A DNA stretch of 64,000 bases from Chloroflexota bacterium (GCA_016179765.1 JACPCL010000029.1:10333-74332); one strand, 5' to 3'. Counted from the stretch's first letter, positions 1 through 8,970 are shown. The notes: generated from the letters alone by a model not told the origin. Program-made: numbers and translations.

Positions 1-435
1 TATCTCCCACTTGCCCGCGGCGGACACCCCGAAGAGGATGGAGATGAGCAGGGCGCCCAGGAGGATGGAGGCCAGGAGGAGCCTGTCCAGCAAGCGCAGG
101 GTATCCGTGGGCAGTGGGAGGGTGGACTCGCCGCGGGAGGTGCGGCGCACGATCCACAGGTTTACGGCTATGAGGAACCCAAAGAGGGCAGCCCCCGCCA
201 GGAACAGTTGCACCTTAGTCCAGAGCACCGTCTTGAACACCTCCAGATATCCCAGGTTGCTAAACCAGAGCCAGTCGGTGTAGACGTTGCGGGCGAAATT
301 GAGGAGGAAAAGGGCAAGGACAAGCAGCAGGAAGACCAGCCCCCATTTGAGCAGGGAACCGGCGTTTGGGGGCAGCAGGAGCACCGGGGCGCTACCCGGC
401 TCGCCAAAGGGTGGGAACCCGCCGTTCTGCCTCAT
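1..435 (-). CDS. UPF0182 family membrane protein, N-terminal part (gene runs off left edge)
   Basis: Absent from ORF track (no stop in window). Hand translation from ATG at 435 gives MRQNGGFPPFGEPGSAPVLLLPPNAGSLLKWGLVFLLLVLALFLLNFARNVYTDWLWFSNLGYLEVFKTVLWTK..., matching the YxDWLWFxxLGYxxVF signature of UPF0182/COG1615. GGAGG lies 8 nt upstream. Confidence 0.75.
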   Translation of the reverse strand, partial: MRQNGGFPPFGEPGSAPVLLLPPNAGSLLKWGLVFLLLVLALFLLNFARNVYTDWLWFSNLGYLEVFKTVLWTKVQLFLAGAALFGFLIAVNLWIVRRTSRGESTLPLPTDTLRLLDRLLLASILLGALLISILFGVSAAGKWEI

Positions 436-470
436 TGGTTACACCTCCCCAGAATGCGCCGCCCCATAGG

Positions 471-494
471 TATACGGACATACGGGCATACGGG
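471..494. repeat. 8-nt tandem repeat (tatacgga catacggg catacggg)
   Basis: Three contiguous 8-nt units read directly in the argB/UPF0182 intergenic region. Confidence 0.8.
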
Positions 495-574
495 CAAGGC
501 TATGCCCGCCGACCTAGCTCTGCTTCCTTGCCAGCATGTTTTCATGTCCTATGTCCGACTGTCAGAATGTTCAT

Positions 575-601
575 ATGCCAGTATGCCAGTATGCCAGTAT
601 G
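575..601. repeat. 8-nt tandem repeat atgccagt x3.4
   Basis: atgccagt atgccagt atgccagt atg read directly, about 10 nt from the argB stop codon. Confidence 0.85.
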
Positions 602-609
602 TCCTCCCG

Positions 610-1401
610 TTATGCCACTACCCAGGTCCCCTCTGGGCCCTCGCCAAGGGCCCGCAACAAGGCGCCGGGGACACGGCCATCCAGGATGCGGGCTGCGGGA
701 ACCCGCTCCAGGGCCTTGACGCAGGCCTCTAGCTTGGGGATCATACCGCCCGCCGCCGTGCCCGCCGCAATGAGGGCATTGGCGCCGGCTACCGAGAGGC
801 GCGGGAAAACGCGCCTCTCGGAGTCCATGACCCCTTCCACGTCGGTGAGGAACACCAGGCGCTCTGCGCCCAGGGCCAGGGCCAGGTGGCCCGCGGCGGT
901 GTCGCCGTTGATGTTCAGCAGGGTGCAGCTTTCACCCGGCGTTTGGGGCAGACGGATGCCGATGGGAGCGATGAGGGGGATGTAGCCGCGCTCTACCAGG
1001 TCAACCACCGGGTCTGGGTTGACCTTCACCACCTCTCCCACCAGGCCCAGCTCCTCATTGGCGATGGCGGCCTGAAGGATGGCGCCATCGGCGCCGCTCA
1101 GGCCGACGACTTCGCCGCCCAGGGCGGTTATGGCCCCCACAAGCTGCTTGTTGATAAGGCCCGTGAGCACCGCCACGACGATCTCCAGGCTGGGAGGGTC
1201 GGTCACCCGCAGGCCGCGGATGAACCGGGGGACGAGGCCCTGTTTCTGCATCCACTGGGTGATGAGTGGGCCGCCGCCGTGCACCACGACGGGGGTGCGC
1301 CCCTGGCGCTGGAGCGTCACCAGGTCTTGGAAGGAGGTGTCGGCGCTGCCCAGGGTGCTGCCGCCTATCTTAACGACGAGGGGTCTTGCGTTGTCAGACA
1401 T
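610..1401 (-). CDS. argB: N-acetylglutamate kinase
   Basis: 263 aa from ATG at 1401 (MSDNARPLVVKIGGSTLG...). Amino-acid-kinase motifs VVKIGGS, VVHGGGP, NINGDTAAG. The upstream 29 codons of the track ORF are judged a non-coding extension. Confidence 0.9.
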   Translation of the reverse strand: MSDNARPLVVKIGGSTLGSADTSFQDLVTLQRQGRTPVVVHGGGPLITQWMQKQGLVPRFIRGLRVTDPPSLEIVVAVLTGLINKQLVGAITALGGEVVGLSGADGAILQAAIANEELGLVGEVVKVNPDPVVDLVERGYIPLIAPIGIRLPQTPGESCTLLNINGDTAAGHLALALGAERLVFLTDVEGVMDSERRVFPRLSVAGANALIAAGTAAGGMIPKLEACVKALERVPAARILDGRVPGALLRALGEGPEGTWVVA

Positions 1402-1423
1402 GGAGTACCTTCTTTGAGACTCA

Positions 1424-1795
1424 TCACAGCGTTTCTCTCTCCAACCGGTAACCCACAACGGGCACCAGGCGGCGCTCCACCGGATCAACCGATAGCAAGA
1501 AGATCTCCAGGGTAACAGCTCCTATGACCGATGGCTCCCCGGCCTCACCGAAAACACAGACTATGGTGCCTTGTATCCCATTTAGCTCCGCCCTGACTGG
1601 GCCAATGGGACGCTCCTGGATCTGGCCATTGGCCAGTTGCAACCTCACGGTACGTTCGGGTTCAACGCCCAGACGCTCCAGCAACGAAGCCGGCACACTG
1701 GTGAAGGTAGCGCCGGTGTCCACCAGAGCCTCCACCCTCTGCCGTATGTCGCCGGAGCGTGAGATCAACGTGATATCGTGGGTGAACGTCCCCAT
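1424..1795 (-). CDS. Retropepsin-like (clan AA) aspartic protease domain protein
   Basis: 123 aa with ALVDTGATFTSVP (DTGA catalytic motif) and ...GAVTLE... near the C-terminus, the single-domain retropepsin-like pattern. Sits between argJ and argB on the same strand. Confidence 0.65.
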   Translation of the reverse strand: MGTFTHDITLISRSGDIRQRVEALVDTGATFTSVPASLLERLGVEPERTVRLQLANGQIQERPIGPVRAELNGIQGTIVCVFGEAGEPSVIGAVTLEIFLLSVDPVERRLVPVVGYRLERETL

Positions 1796-1884
1796 GTCTC
1801 GCTAGCCTTCTCACTTGACCATACCACCCGAAGTATCCCTGGGCGGGTGGATGGCTCTGGCAAAGCATTCATCAGATAGGGCGC

Positions 1885-3114
1885 TCACGTCGTGTAGGCG
1901 CTGTTGAAGGTGACGTAGGCCTCGCTGAGGTTGCAGCCCCAGGCGGTGGCGACGGCATCGCCCAGTCCGAGGTGCACGCGGAAGGTCACCTCTGGCTGGC
2001 GCATCTGTTGGATGACGGCGTCCTTGAAGAAGGGGATGGGCAAGCCGCCCTCCATGATGCATACGTCGTTGACGTAGAGGGAGAGCCGCTCCTCCTCCAC
2101 GCGGGCGCCGCTGCGGCCCAGGGCAGCCACAATGCGGCCCCAGTTGGGGTCGTTGCCGTGGACGGCCGTCCTGACCAGGTTGGAGTTGGAGATGGTGCGG
2201 GCGGCCATGCGGGCCTCGGCCTGGCTCCTGGCGCCTTCTACGCGGACCTCAAAGAGCTTGCTGGCCCCTTCGCCGTCGCGGACGATGGCTTTGGCGAGGT
2301 GCAAGCAGAGCTGGTCCAGGGCCTCCTGAAAGAGGGCCGCCTCGGGTGAGCCGGCGGCTATGGCTGGGCCGCCGGCGGCGCCGTTGGCCAGGAGGAGCAC
2401 CGTGTCGTTGGTGCTGGTGTCGCCGTCCACGCTGATCATGTTGAAGGAGCGGTCCACGGCGCTCTTGAGGGCCTGGCGCAGGAAGCCTGCCTCCACAGCG
2501 GCATCGGTGCCCAACACGGAGAGCATGGTGGCCATGTCTGGGTGGATCATGCCGGAGCCTTTGGCCACGCCGCCGATGGTGATGGTGCGCTGGCTGGAGG
2601 GATAGGCCACCGCCGCCTCTTTGGGGGCGGTGTCGGTGGTCATGATGCAGCGGGCGAACTGGGGGCCGCCGGTCTCGGTCAGCTTGATCTTGGGGAGGGC
2701 GGAGCGGATGAGGGCCATGGGCAACTCTACGCCGATGAGGCCGGTGCTGAGGACGCCCATCTGGTCGGGCTGAAGGCCAAGGTGCTGGGCTGCCAGGCGG
2801 GCCATCTCCAGGGCGTCCTTGCGGCCCGGGTCGCCGACGACGGCGTTGGCGATGCCGCTGTTGGCCACCACCGCCCGCAGGTTGCCCTTGCGGACGTTCT
2901 CTTCGGTGATGCGGATGGAGAAGGAGCGGACCTCGTTCTGGGTAAAGGCACCGGCGCAGGTGCAGGGGCGGGTGGAGCAGACGATGCCCAGGTCGTACTT
3001 CTCAGGGGCGAAGGTCTTCATGCCTGCGAAGGTGGCGCCGGCCTGAAAGCCCTTGGCGCTGGTGATGGTTCCCTTGTCAATAAAGCTGATGTGCTGGTTC
3101 ATGGATGGTCTCAT
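1885..3114 (-). CDS. argJ: Bifunctional ornithine acetyltransferase / N-acetylglutamate synthase
   Basis: KGFQAGATFAGMK, autoproteolysis-site context GMIHPDMATMLSVLGTDA, STNDTVLLLANG. Start at 3114 (MRPSMNQ) or 3102 (MNQ) is uncertain; the longer track ORF N-terminus looks non-coding. Confidence 0.9.
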   Translation of the reverse strand: MRPSMNQHISFIDKGTITSAKGFQAGATFAGMKTFAPEKYDLGIVCSTRPCTCAGAFTQNEVRSFSIRITEENVRKGNLRAVVANSGIANAVVGDPGRKDALEMARLAAQHLGLQPDQMGVLSTGLIGVELPMALIRSALPKIKLTETGGPQFARCIMTTDTAPKEAAVAYPSSQRTITIGGVAKGSGMIHPDMATMLSVLGTDAAVEAGFLRQALKSAVDRSFNMISVDGDTSTNDTVLLLANGAAGGPAIAAGSPEAALFQEALDQLCLHLAKAIVRDGEGASKLFEVRVEGARSQAEARMAARTISNSNLVRTAVHGNDPNWGRIVAALGRSGARVEEERLSLYVNDVCIMEGGLPIPFFKDAVIQQMRQPEVTFRVHLGLGDAVATAWGCNLSEAYVTFNSAYTT

Positions 3115-3276
3115 GGCGAAAGGAGGAGCAGAGGCAGTATAGCATAGGGCTGTTTGGAGGTGAAGGGAAGGCGAATACCGATGCGGGTGTCCCTGGGATA
3201 GGTTTCGCCAGAGGTAGCAGGGGCGGCTCTGTGTGGTACTATTGGGCGGCGTTATCACCAGAAGGAGGGACAGGCC

Positions 3277-4242
3277 ATGAAGGTGGTCATCAGCATGGGC
3301 GTCGGCGTCTCTTTTGAGGGCATCTCCGAGGCGCAGGTGGCGCGCATCCGGAGCGTGTCTGAGGAGCTAGAGGTGGTTGTTGCGCCCACGGACAAGGAGA
3401 TGGAGCCGCACCTGCCGGATGCGGAGATTGTGTTGGGCCGGTTCAGCCGCGCCATCTTTGAGGGGGCGAAGAGGCTGAAGCTGGTGATGGTGGAGGGCGC
3501 TGGGGTGGATAATCTGCTGTTCCCGGAGTTTGTGAAGAGCAACGTAACGCTGGTGAGCGCCAAGGGTACCGTAGGCACCCATCTGGCAGACCACTCCTGG
3601 GCGCTGTTCCTGGCGCTGCTGCGAGGCGTGGGCAAGTCGGTGCGGGTGCGGAACTGGGACCTCCGGCGCCAGATTCGGGATGAGAGCTGGGAACTGGGGG
3701 GCAGGACCCTGGGGGTGGTGGGACTGGGCGGGACGGGGGTGGAGTGCGCGCGGCGGGCCCAGGGCTTTGACATGCGGGTGATAGCCGTGGACCCGGAGGA
3801 GGTATCCAAGCCCCCGTTTGTAGCGGAGCTTTGGAAGACGGGACGCTTCTACGACCTCCTGGGGCAATCGGACGTCGTGATGAACTGCACGCCCCTCACG
3901 AAGGAGACGCGGGGCATGTTTAACCTGGCGGCCTTCCACCATATGCAGCGGCACGCCTACTTCATCAACGTGACCCGCGGGCCCATTGTGGAGGAGGCGG
4001 GCCTGCTACAGGCGCTGCGGGAAGGGGTGATCGCCGGCGCGGGGCTGGACGTCACGCCCACGGAGCCGTTGCCACCACAGCACCCCTTGTGGGAGATGCC
4101 CAACGTCATCATCACGCCCCACGCATCCGGTGGCTCGCCCCTGCGACTGGACCGCTGGGTGGACCTGGCCTGCGAAAACCTGCGTCGCTACCTGGATGGT
4201 CGCCCGCTGCTGAGCATCATTGACAAGGAGAAGGGGTACTAA
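3277..4242 (+). CDS. D-isomer-specific 2-hydroxyacid dehydrogenase family (NAD-binding)
   Basis: VVGLGGTGVECARRAQGFDMRVIAVD (GxGxxG...D Rossmann motif) and ITPHASG with catalytic His. AGGAGG RBS upstream of ATG 3277. Confidence 0.85.
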   Translation: MKVVISMGVGVSFEGISEAQVARIRSVSEELEVVVAPTDKEMEPHLPDAEIVLGRFSRAIFEGAKRLKLVMVEGAGVDNLLFPEFVKSNVTLVSAKGTVGTHLADHSWALFLALLRGVGKSVRVRNWDLRRQIRDESWELGGRTLGVVGLGGTGVECARRAQGFDMRVIAVDPEEVSKPPFVAELWKTGRFYDLLGQSDVVMNCTPLTKETRGMFNLAAFHHMQRHAYFINVTRGPIVEEAGLLQALREGVIAGAGLDVTPTEPLPPQHPLWEMPNVIITPHASGGSPLRLDRWVDLACENLRRYLDGRPLLSIIDKEKGY

Positions 4243-4297
4243 TGACCTCTCCCCTACACTCCCACTCTCCCAAGGGAAGTGGGGGACAGAGTTTTGT

Positions 4298-4330
4298 GAG
4301 CAGGGGCACGGCGGAGCCGTGCCCCTGCTC
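4298..4330 (+). terminator. Perfect 15-bp GC-rich hairpin between convergent genes
   Basis: GAGCAGGGGCACGGC gga GCCGTGCCCCTGCTC, followed by atattatccattt. Lies 56 nt after the dehydrogenase stop. Confidence 0.5.
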
Positions 4331-4395
4331 ATATTATCCATTTCCCCCTTCCTGCTTTGGGAAGAGGCTCTCCTTGAGTCCTGATGCATCGGGAC

Positions 4396-6075
4396 TTACT
4401 CTAAGGGGAGGAGCAACGGCTGCGTTGCCGGGGATGGAGTAGCGCCTTGCCCCTCTACTGGGGGAACGATGCGGTAGCCCTGGCCCCGTTGGGTAAGGAT
4501 GATGCGTGGCATTCGCGGGTCTTCCTCCAGCTTTCGGCGCAGGTGCTGGATGTGCACCTTGAGCAGATAGGAGGCGTTGGCGTACTCTTGCCCCCACACC
4601 TTGACCAGCAGCTCCCGTGCCAGCACAACACGGCCATGGCCCTGGGTCAGATGTTGCAGCAGCTTGGCCTCGGTAGCGGTCAGCCTCACCTTTCGGCCCC
4701 TGACCGTGGCCTCCCGCCTGGGGATGTCCAGGAAGAGGCCTGGGAAGGCGAAGGCGGTGGAGGCCTGCTGGGGGCTATGGCGCAGAACGGCCTCTGCCTT
4801 GGCCAAGAGGAGCCTGTAGCCAAAGGGCTTGCTGAGGTAGGCATCGGCGCCCGCCTCCAACGCCTGGCTCTCAGCGGCCTCGTGGCTGCCGGCGCCCAGG
4901 AGGACCAGGGGCACGGAGGAGGCCAGGCGCACCTCCTGGCAGAGATGAAAGGGGCCAGTCGCCTGGGAAGCTGCGTCCAGGAAGACCAGGTCAAAGGCCC
5001 CTTGCTTCAGGAGGGACAGCCCTTCTCCCATGCCAGAGGCGGCTTTGACGGCGCAAGCAGGCCAGCGGACCCGAAGACAGAGGGCCACCGCTTGGGCAAC
5101 CTCTGCAGAGGCGCTGATGACGACCACCTCAGGGCTGGTGGCTTCATGAACTGATAGCGGCGCCTGGGGCGTCCTTGGGAGCGCCTTCTCTTCATACGGG
5201 GGCTGCGATGAGCCTGGGTCCAGCTCACTGGCCAGCCTCTCCAGGGCCGCCGCCCTTTCCAGCAACGCCTCGCCCAGCCCCTGAGCGGAGCCATCGTCCG
5301 GAAGCTGTCCGTCCGGCCCTTTTTCTTTCAAGAAGGCCCCAAAGGGGCCTTCCTCTCCTTGTCCGGTGGCCGCTCGGAGGGCAGTGGAGGCGTCCAGAAG
5401 GCGCTGCCCAGCTAGGGCGGCGCGCTCCTCTTGCTCTTGAAGGCGCCTTCGCAGCTCCGCGGCCTCCGCTTCCTTGAAGGCATAGAGCCGTGCGTCCTCT
5501 ATGCTGGGAGCAGCATGAGCGAGGCTCTGCGCCAGTTGCTCCAACGCTTCAGGCGCGGGGGGAGCGCCGCTCTCCGTGGGGCCAAGGAGCACACCTCCCA
5601 GAGGTTGGCTTTCCTCCAGGAGAGGCAGCAGGTGTTGTGGCCTGACCTCTTGCAGCAAGCGAAGGAACTGCTGGGGCAGCGCCTGGGACTGGGGAAGGTC
5701 TTCTGCCTGTGCCCAAGGGGTCCCGCATGGGCCGTTCGCGGCTGCCCAGCAGAGCAGAGGGAGAGCAGAAGCCAGGGGGGCCACGGCTATCGTGGCGGGG
5801 GGATTGCCCGTCAGGAAGGTGATGCGTCCCTCCTCTGGAGAGTGAAGCAGGAGGGCAGCCGTTGAGGCCCCGGTCGTTGACTGGGCCAGCCGCAGCAACC
5901 GGCCTACCCTCTCGTCCAAACGCAAGGAAACAGGGAGGGCCTGGCCGGGAGGAGTGGCACGCAAGGGGGTAGCAAGGGATGGGATCCCCTGGCTTTCGCC
6001 GGTGTGGCCGTGGGTTGTGGTGGTGGGATTGGCCATGAGATTGCGTCTCTGCCCCGTTTCCATTCTCTCGTCCAT
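4396..6075 (-). CDS. Atypical response regulator: N-terminal GAF-like region, degenerate receiver, OmpR/PhoB-type winged-helix DNA-binding domain
   Basis: C-terminus LTATEAKLLQHLTQ...VHIQHLRRKLE...ILTQRGQGYRI is the OmpR wHTH pattern. The receiver keeps DLVFLD and YLSKPF but has VVISASAE in place of the acidic DD pair. Start codon uncertain (6105/6075/6063/6036). Confidence 0.75.
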   Translation of the reverse strand: MDERMETGQRRNLMANPTTTTHGHTGESQGIPSLATPLRATPPGQALPVSLRLDERVGRLLRLAQSTTGASTAALLLHSPEEGRITFLTGNPPATIAVAPLASALPLLCWAAANGPCGTPWAQAEDLPQSQALPQQFLRLLQEVRPQHLLPLLEESQPLGGVLLGPTESGAPPAPEALEQLAQSLAHAAPSIEDARLYAFKEAEAAELRRRLQEQEERAALAGQRLLDASTALRAATGQGEEGPFGAFLKEKGPDGQLPDDGSAQGLGEALLERAAALERLASELDPGSSQPPYEEKALPRTPQAPLSVHEATSPEVVVISASAEVAQAVALCLRVRWPACAVKAASGMGEGLSLLKQGAFDLVFLDAASQATGPFHLCQEVRLASSVPLVLLGAGSHEAAESQALEAGADAYLSKPFGYRLLLAKAEAVLRHSPQQASTAFAFPGLFLDIPRREATVRGRKVRLTATEAKLLQHLTQGHGRVVLARELLVKVWGQEYANASYLLKVHIQHLRRKLEEDPRMPRIILTQRGQGYRIVPPVEGQGATPSPATQPLLLPLE

Positions 6076-6192
6076 AGAATAGACGTCCCCTGTTAATTTC
6101 GTCATGCACCATGACGCAACATCCGGTATAGATGCGGACAAGTTGCGGTTAATTACGGCCTTAATAGAGCCTGTCACACTGCAACCGGCCAC

Positions 6193-6222
6193 TTGCATAA
6201 AATAGAACGTATATTCTATTAT
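6193..6222 (+). promoter_or_regulatory. Sigma70-like promoter (TTGCAT-18-TATTAT) overlapping a 7-bp inverted repeat AATAGAA-N6-TTCTATT
   Basis: Read directly in the AT-rich divergent region between the regulator (minus) and the 6258 membrane gene (plus). GGAGGG lies 4 nt before GTG 6258. Confidence 0.45.
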
Positions 6223-6257
6223 ACCTGGCATGAACCTATGGGCCATCGGAGGGCTCC

Positions 6258-6584
6258 GTGGCGAGAGGTGCCAGGTTGTTCCAGCTTGAACTCGTCCTCC
6301 TCATGCAGAGGGGGGTGACCATTCTCCTCAGCGGCTACAACGCCTGCTTCTTCTTGGCCTACGCCCAGCGCCACGTCCGAAGGCGATGGGGGGCGCGTAC
6401 CCTGGCCCTGTTCAACGTTGCCCTGGGTGGCGAGAGCCTAACCTTTGGGCTGGTCCCCCGTCTTCTGGATGCCCCAGCGTTGCTCACCACGGTGGGCCAG
6501 TTCATTGCATCGTCTCTATCGCTGGCGGTGGCGGTGGTCATGGCGGCGCTGGTTTTGTGGCACCGGCTGCGCAGAAAAGGATAG
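6258..6584 (+). CDS. Small integral membrane protein, unknown function
   Basis: 108 aa with about 3 hydrophobic spans (VTILLSGYNACFFLAYA, LALFNVALGG, IASSLSLAVAVVMAALVLW). GTG start with RBS. No family recognised. Confidence 0.5.
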   Translation: MARGARLFQLELVLLMQRGVTILLSGYNACFFLAYAQRHVRRRWGARTLALFNVALGGESLTFGLVPRLLDAPALLTTVGQFIASSLSLAVAVVMAALVLWHRLRRKG

Positions 6585-6762
6585 ACCTGACCCCCGTTCC
6601 CTTCTCCTTCGTCCCGATGCCATCGGGACTCAAGGACAGGCTCTTCCCTCAAGGGAAGGGGAGAGAAAACACGTGAGGGTGAGGGAGAGGGTGAACAGGA
6701 AGAAGGGAAGGTTCTTTCCCCAGAGGTGAAGGGAAAGAGGGTAATTCCTTGAGGAGGTCCCA

Positions 6763-6948
6763 ATGTCTACGCTGGCACAGGCGGTACGCAAGGAACGGTG
6801 GGAGCTGGCGGCTCTGTTGCTGCTGCAAGGGATGTGGGAGGTGGTTCAGCGTGTCCCAGAGGACGCCATCCCGCAGCTTCTGGAGGCGCTGGAAGGCGCC
6901 GATTCGTTGGGGAACATGAAGGGAGGGGCCGATGGCCCAGGCGCCTGA
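6763..6948 (+). CDS. Hypothetical small protein (first gene of phage-like block)
   Basis: 61-aa ORF. Its stop overlaps the next ORF start, consistent with translational coupling. No family recognised. Confidence 0.35.
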   Translation: MSTLAQAVRKERWELAALLLLQGMWEVVQRVPEDAIPQLLEALEGADSLGNMKGGADGPGA

Positions 6949-7252
6949 GACCTCTGACTTCTACGCCAACGCCCTCTCCGAGGCGGAGCGCCTGCGCCTG
7001 CCCAAGGCCCGATCGGTAGCGGGGCTGGACGAAGAGATCGCCTTGCTGAGGGTGCGGTTGTTCCGGGCGGTCCAAGAGCACTCGGAACAGCTTGAGCTCC
7101 TGCTGAAGGGCGTCAACGTTCTGGTGCGCCTGGCTGCTCTGCGCTATAAGCTCTCGGACAAACCGGCCCAGGAGCTTGCCAAGAGCATAGAAGGGGTGCT
7201 GAGGGGCGTCGGCGGCGCACTGTACCCGGAGCGTTTCACCAATGGCGGATGA
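6932..7252 (+). CDS. Hypothetical helical protein upstream of terminase (small-terminase position, not recognisable)
   Basis: 106 aa, helical/charged (LDEEIALLRVRLFRAVQEHSEQLELLLKG). Overlaps both neighbours by 11-17 nt. Confidence 0.45.
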   Translation: MAQAPETSDFYANALSEAERLRLPKARSVAGLDEEIALLRVRLFRAVQEHSEQLELLLKGVNVLVRLAALRYKLSDKPAQELAKSIEGVLRGVGGALYPERFTNGG

Positions 7253-7517
7253 CAAGCTGCCCAAGGATACGCTGAAGGAGACGCTGAGCAGGCTCTTCCG
7301 GCCTCTCCAGAAGGAGGCGCAGTTGCCAACGACAATGGAGGAGCTACAAGCGGGCCTGGACCTCTCGCCGCGGTCGCCCTTTGACGTGGTGCTGGACCAG
7401 CGCCTGAAGGCCCTGGAGAGCCAGGTGGAGGAGCTGAAGGGCCGGGTCAACGGGCTGATGGCTCTGGTAGCCGGGGCGGTGGTGGTGCAGATTGTGCTGG
7501 GATTTTTCCGAACCTAA
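7242..7517 (+). CDS. Hypothetical coiled-coil protein with C-terminal transmembrane helix
   Basis: 91 aa: LKALESQVEELKGRVNG followed by LMALVAGAVVVQIVLGFF. Confidence 0.45.
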   Translation: MADDKLPKDTLKETLSRLFRPLQKEAQLPTTMEELQAGLDLSPRSPFDVVLDQRLKALESQVEELKGRVNGLMALVAGAVVVQIVLGFFRT

Positions 7518-7551
7518 CCCCCTGGCCCCCTTCCCTCATAGGGAAGGGGGG
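7513..7551. repeat. REP-like element, family CCTAACCCCCTGGCCCCCTTCCC-N5-GGGAAGGGGG
   Basis: cctaaccccctggcccccttccc tcata gggaagggggg with a 10-bp stem. Same family at 29473, 29566, 29739, 29898, 32339, 34379, 40264, 63264. Confidence 0.8.
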
Positions 7552-7569
7552 AACAGGAAGCAGCCACTT

Positions 7570-8961
7570 ATGCCACTACAACATACGCTCCGCCCCTATC
7601 AGGTAGAGGTAGGCAGAGCCATCCTGGACAGCGTTCTCAACCGCAAAGGCCTCACCTTTACGGTGGAGATGGCCCGCCAGGGGGGCAAGAACGAGCTATC
7701 GGCTCAGCTGGAGGTGCTGCTGCTGACGCTGTTCATGGCCCAGGGAGGCAACATCGTCAAGGCCGCTCCCACCTACGTGCCGCAGCTTCTGCACAGCATC
7801 CTGCGCCTCAAGGACCGCCTGACGGAGGCGGGCTACGGCGGCCTCTGGCGCAAGGAGGCGCTGAACATCTTCTGCCTGGGCAAGGCGCGCCAGGTGTTCC
7901 TCAGCGCCGAGCCTTCGGCGCGGGTCGTTGGGGCCACGGCCCACATCCTGCTGGAGATGGACGAGGCCCAGGAGGTGGGCAAGGAGAAGTTCTACAAGGA
8001 GTTCCGGCCTATGGGCGCCTCCACCAACGTCACCACCGTGCTGTACGGCACGCCCTGGGACGGCGATTCTTTGCTGGAGGAGGTGAAGACGGCCAACCTG
8101 GAGCAGGAACGCGCGGATGGCATTCGTCGCCACTTCCGATACAACTGGCAGGCGGTGGCCGAACACAACCCCCTCTATCTGGCCTACGTAGAAGGCGAGC
8201 AGAGGCGACTGGGGGAGGACCACCCGCTGTTTCGCACGCAGTATCTGCTGCTGCCGGCCCACACCGGCGGCGGCTTATTCTCACTCTCCCAGCAGGCCCA
8301 GCTTCAGGGCCAACACCCGAGGCAGCGGACGCCTACACCGGGGGTGACCTACGTGGCCGCCCTTGACGTGGCCGGCGGCGTGAATGACGGCGATGGGCTG
8401 GCCGACCAAGGGGACGGCAACCGCGACTCCACGGTGCTGACCATCGGCGAGCTGGATTTTGCCGCGGGCGATCCCGCCAGTGGTGAGCCCCAGGTCCGCG
8501 TGGTGGAGCACCGGTGGTGGACGGGGGTATCGCCGGCGGCGCTGCACCCGCAGCTTCTGGACCTGGCGCGGCTGTGGCGGCCCCGGCGATTGATCGTGGA
8601 CGCCACGGGCATGGGCCAGGGGACCGCCAGCTTCCTAGAACGCGCCCTGGGCGGCATGGTGGAGCCATTCGTGTTCACCGCCGGGAGCAAGTCCCGCCTG
8701 GGCTTTGACCTGCTGGCAACCGTCAACAGCGGACGTCTGAAGGCCTACGCCCCGGATGGTTCCCGGGAGCACCAGGAGCTGTGGCGACAGCTTGAGCGTG
8801 CCGAGGCCCACCTGCGGCCCAATCGCGGGCTGGCCTTTGGCGTGGCCGCCGCCAAGGGGCACGAGGACTTTCTGATGAGCCTGGCGCTGCTGGTGCAGGC
8901 CGCCCGCTATCTGCCACGGGTGGCCCGGGGGCGGGCGAAGGAGGCGGTGGGGGTGGGATAA
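7570..8961 (+). CDS. Phage terminase large subunit
   Basis: 463 aa from ATG 7570. RPYQ..., Walker A-like MARQGGKNE, Walker B LLEMDEAQ, GTPW, nuclease-domain acidic motifs ALDVAGG, DSTVLTIGE, LIVDATGMGQG. Confidence 0.75.
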   Translation: MPLQHTLRPYQVEVGRAILDSVLNRKGLTFTVEMARQGGKNELSAQLEVLLLTLFMAQGGNIVKAAPTYVPQLLHSILRLKDRLTEAGYGGLWRKEALNIFCLGKARQVFLSAEPSARVVGATAHILLEMDEAQEVGKEKFYKEFRPMGASTNVTTVLYGTPWDGDSLLEEVKTANLEQERADGIRRHFRYNWQAVAEHNPLYLAYVEGEQRRLGEDHPLFRTQYLLLPAHTGGGLFSLSQQAQLQGQHPRQRTPTPGVTYVAALDVAGGVNDGDGLADQGDGNRDSTVLTIGELDFAAGDPASGEPQVRVVEHRWWTGVSPAALHPQLLDLARLWRPRRLIVDATGMGQGTASFLERALGGMVEPFVFTAGSKSRLGFDLLATVNSGRLKAYAPDGSREHQELWRQLERAEAHLRPNRGLAFGVAAAKGHEDFLMSLALLVQAARYLPRVARGRAKEAVGVG

Positions 8962-8970
8962 AACCGAATC

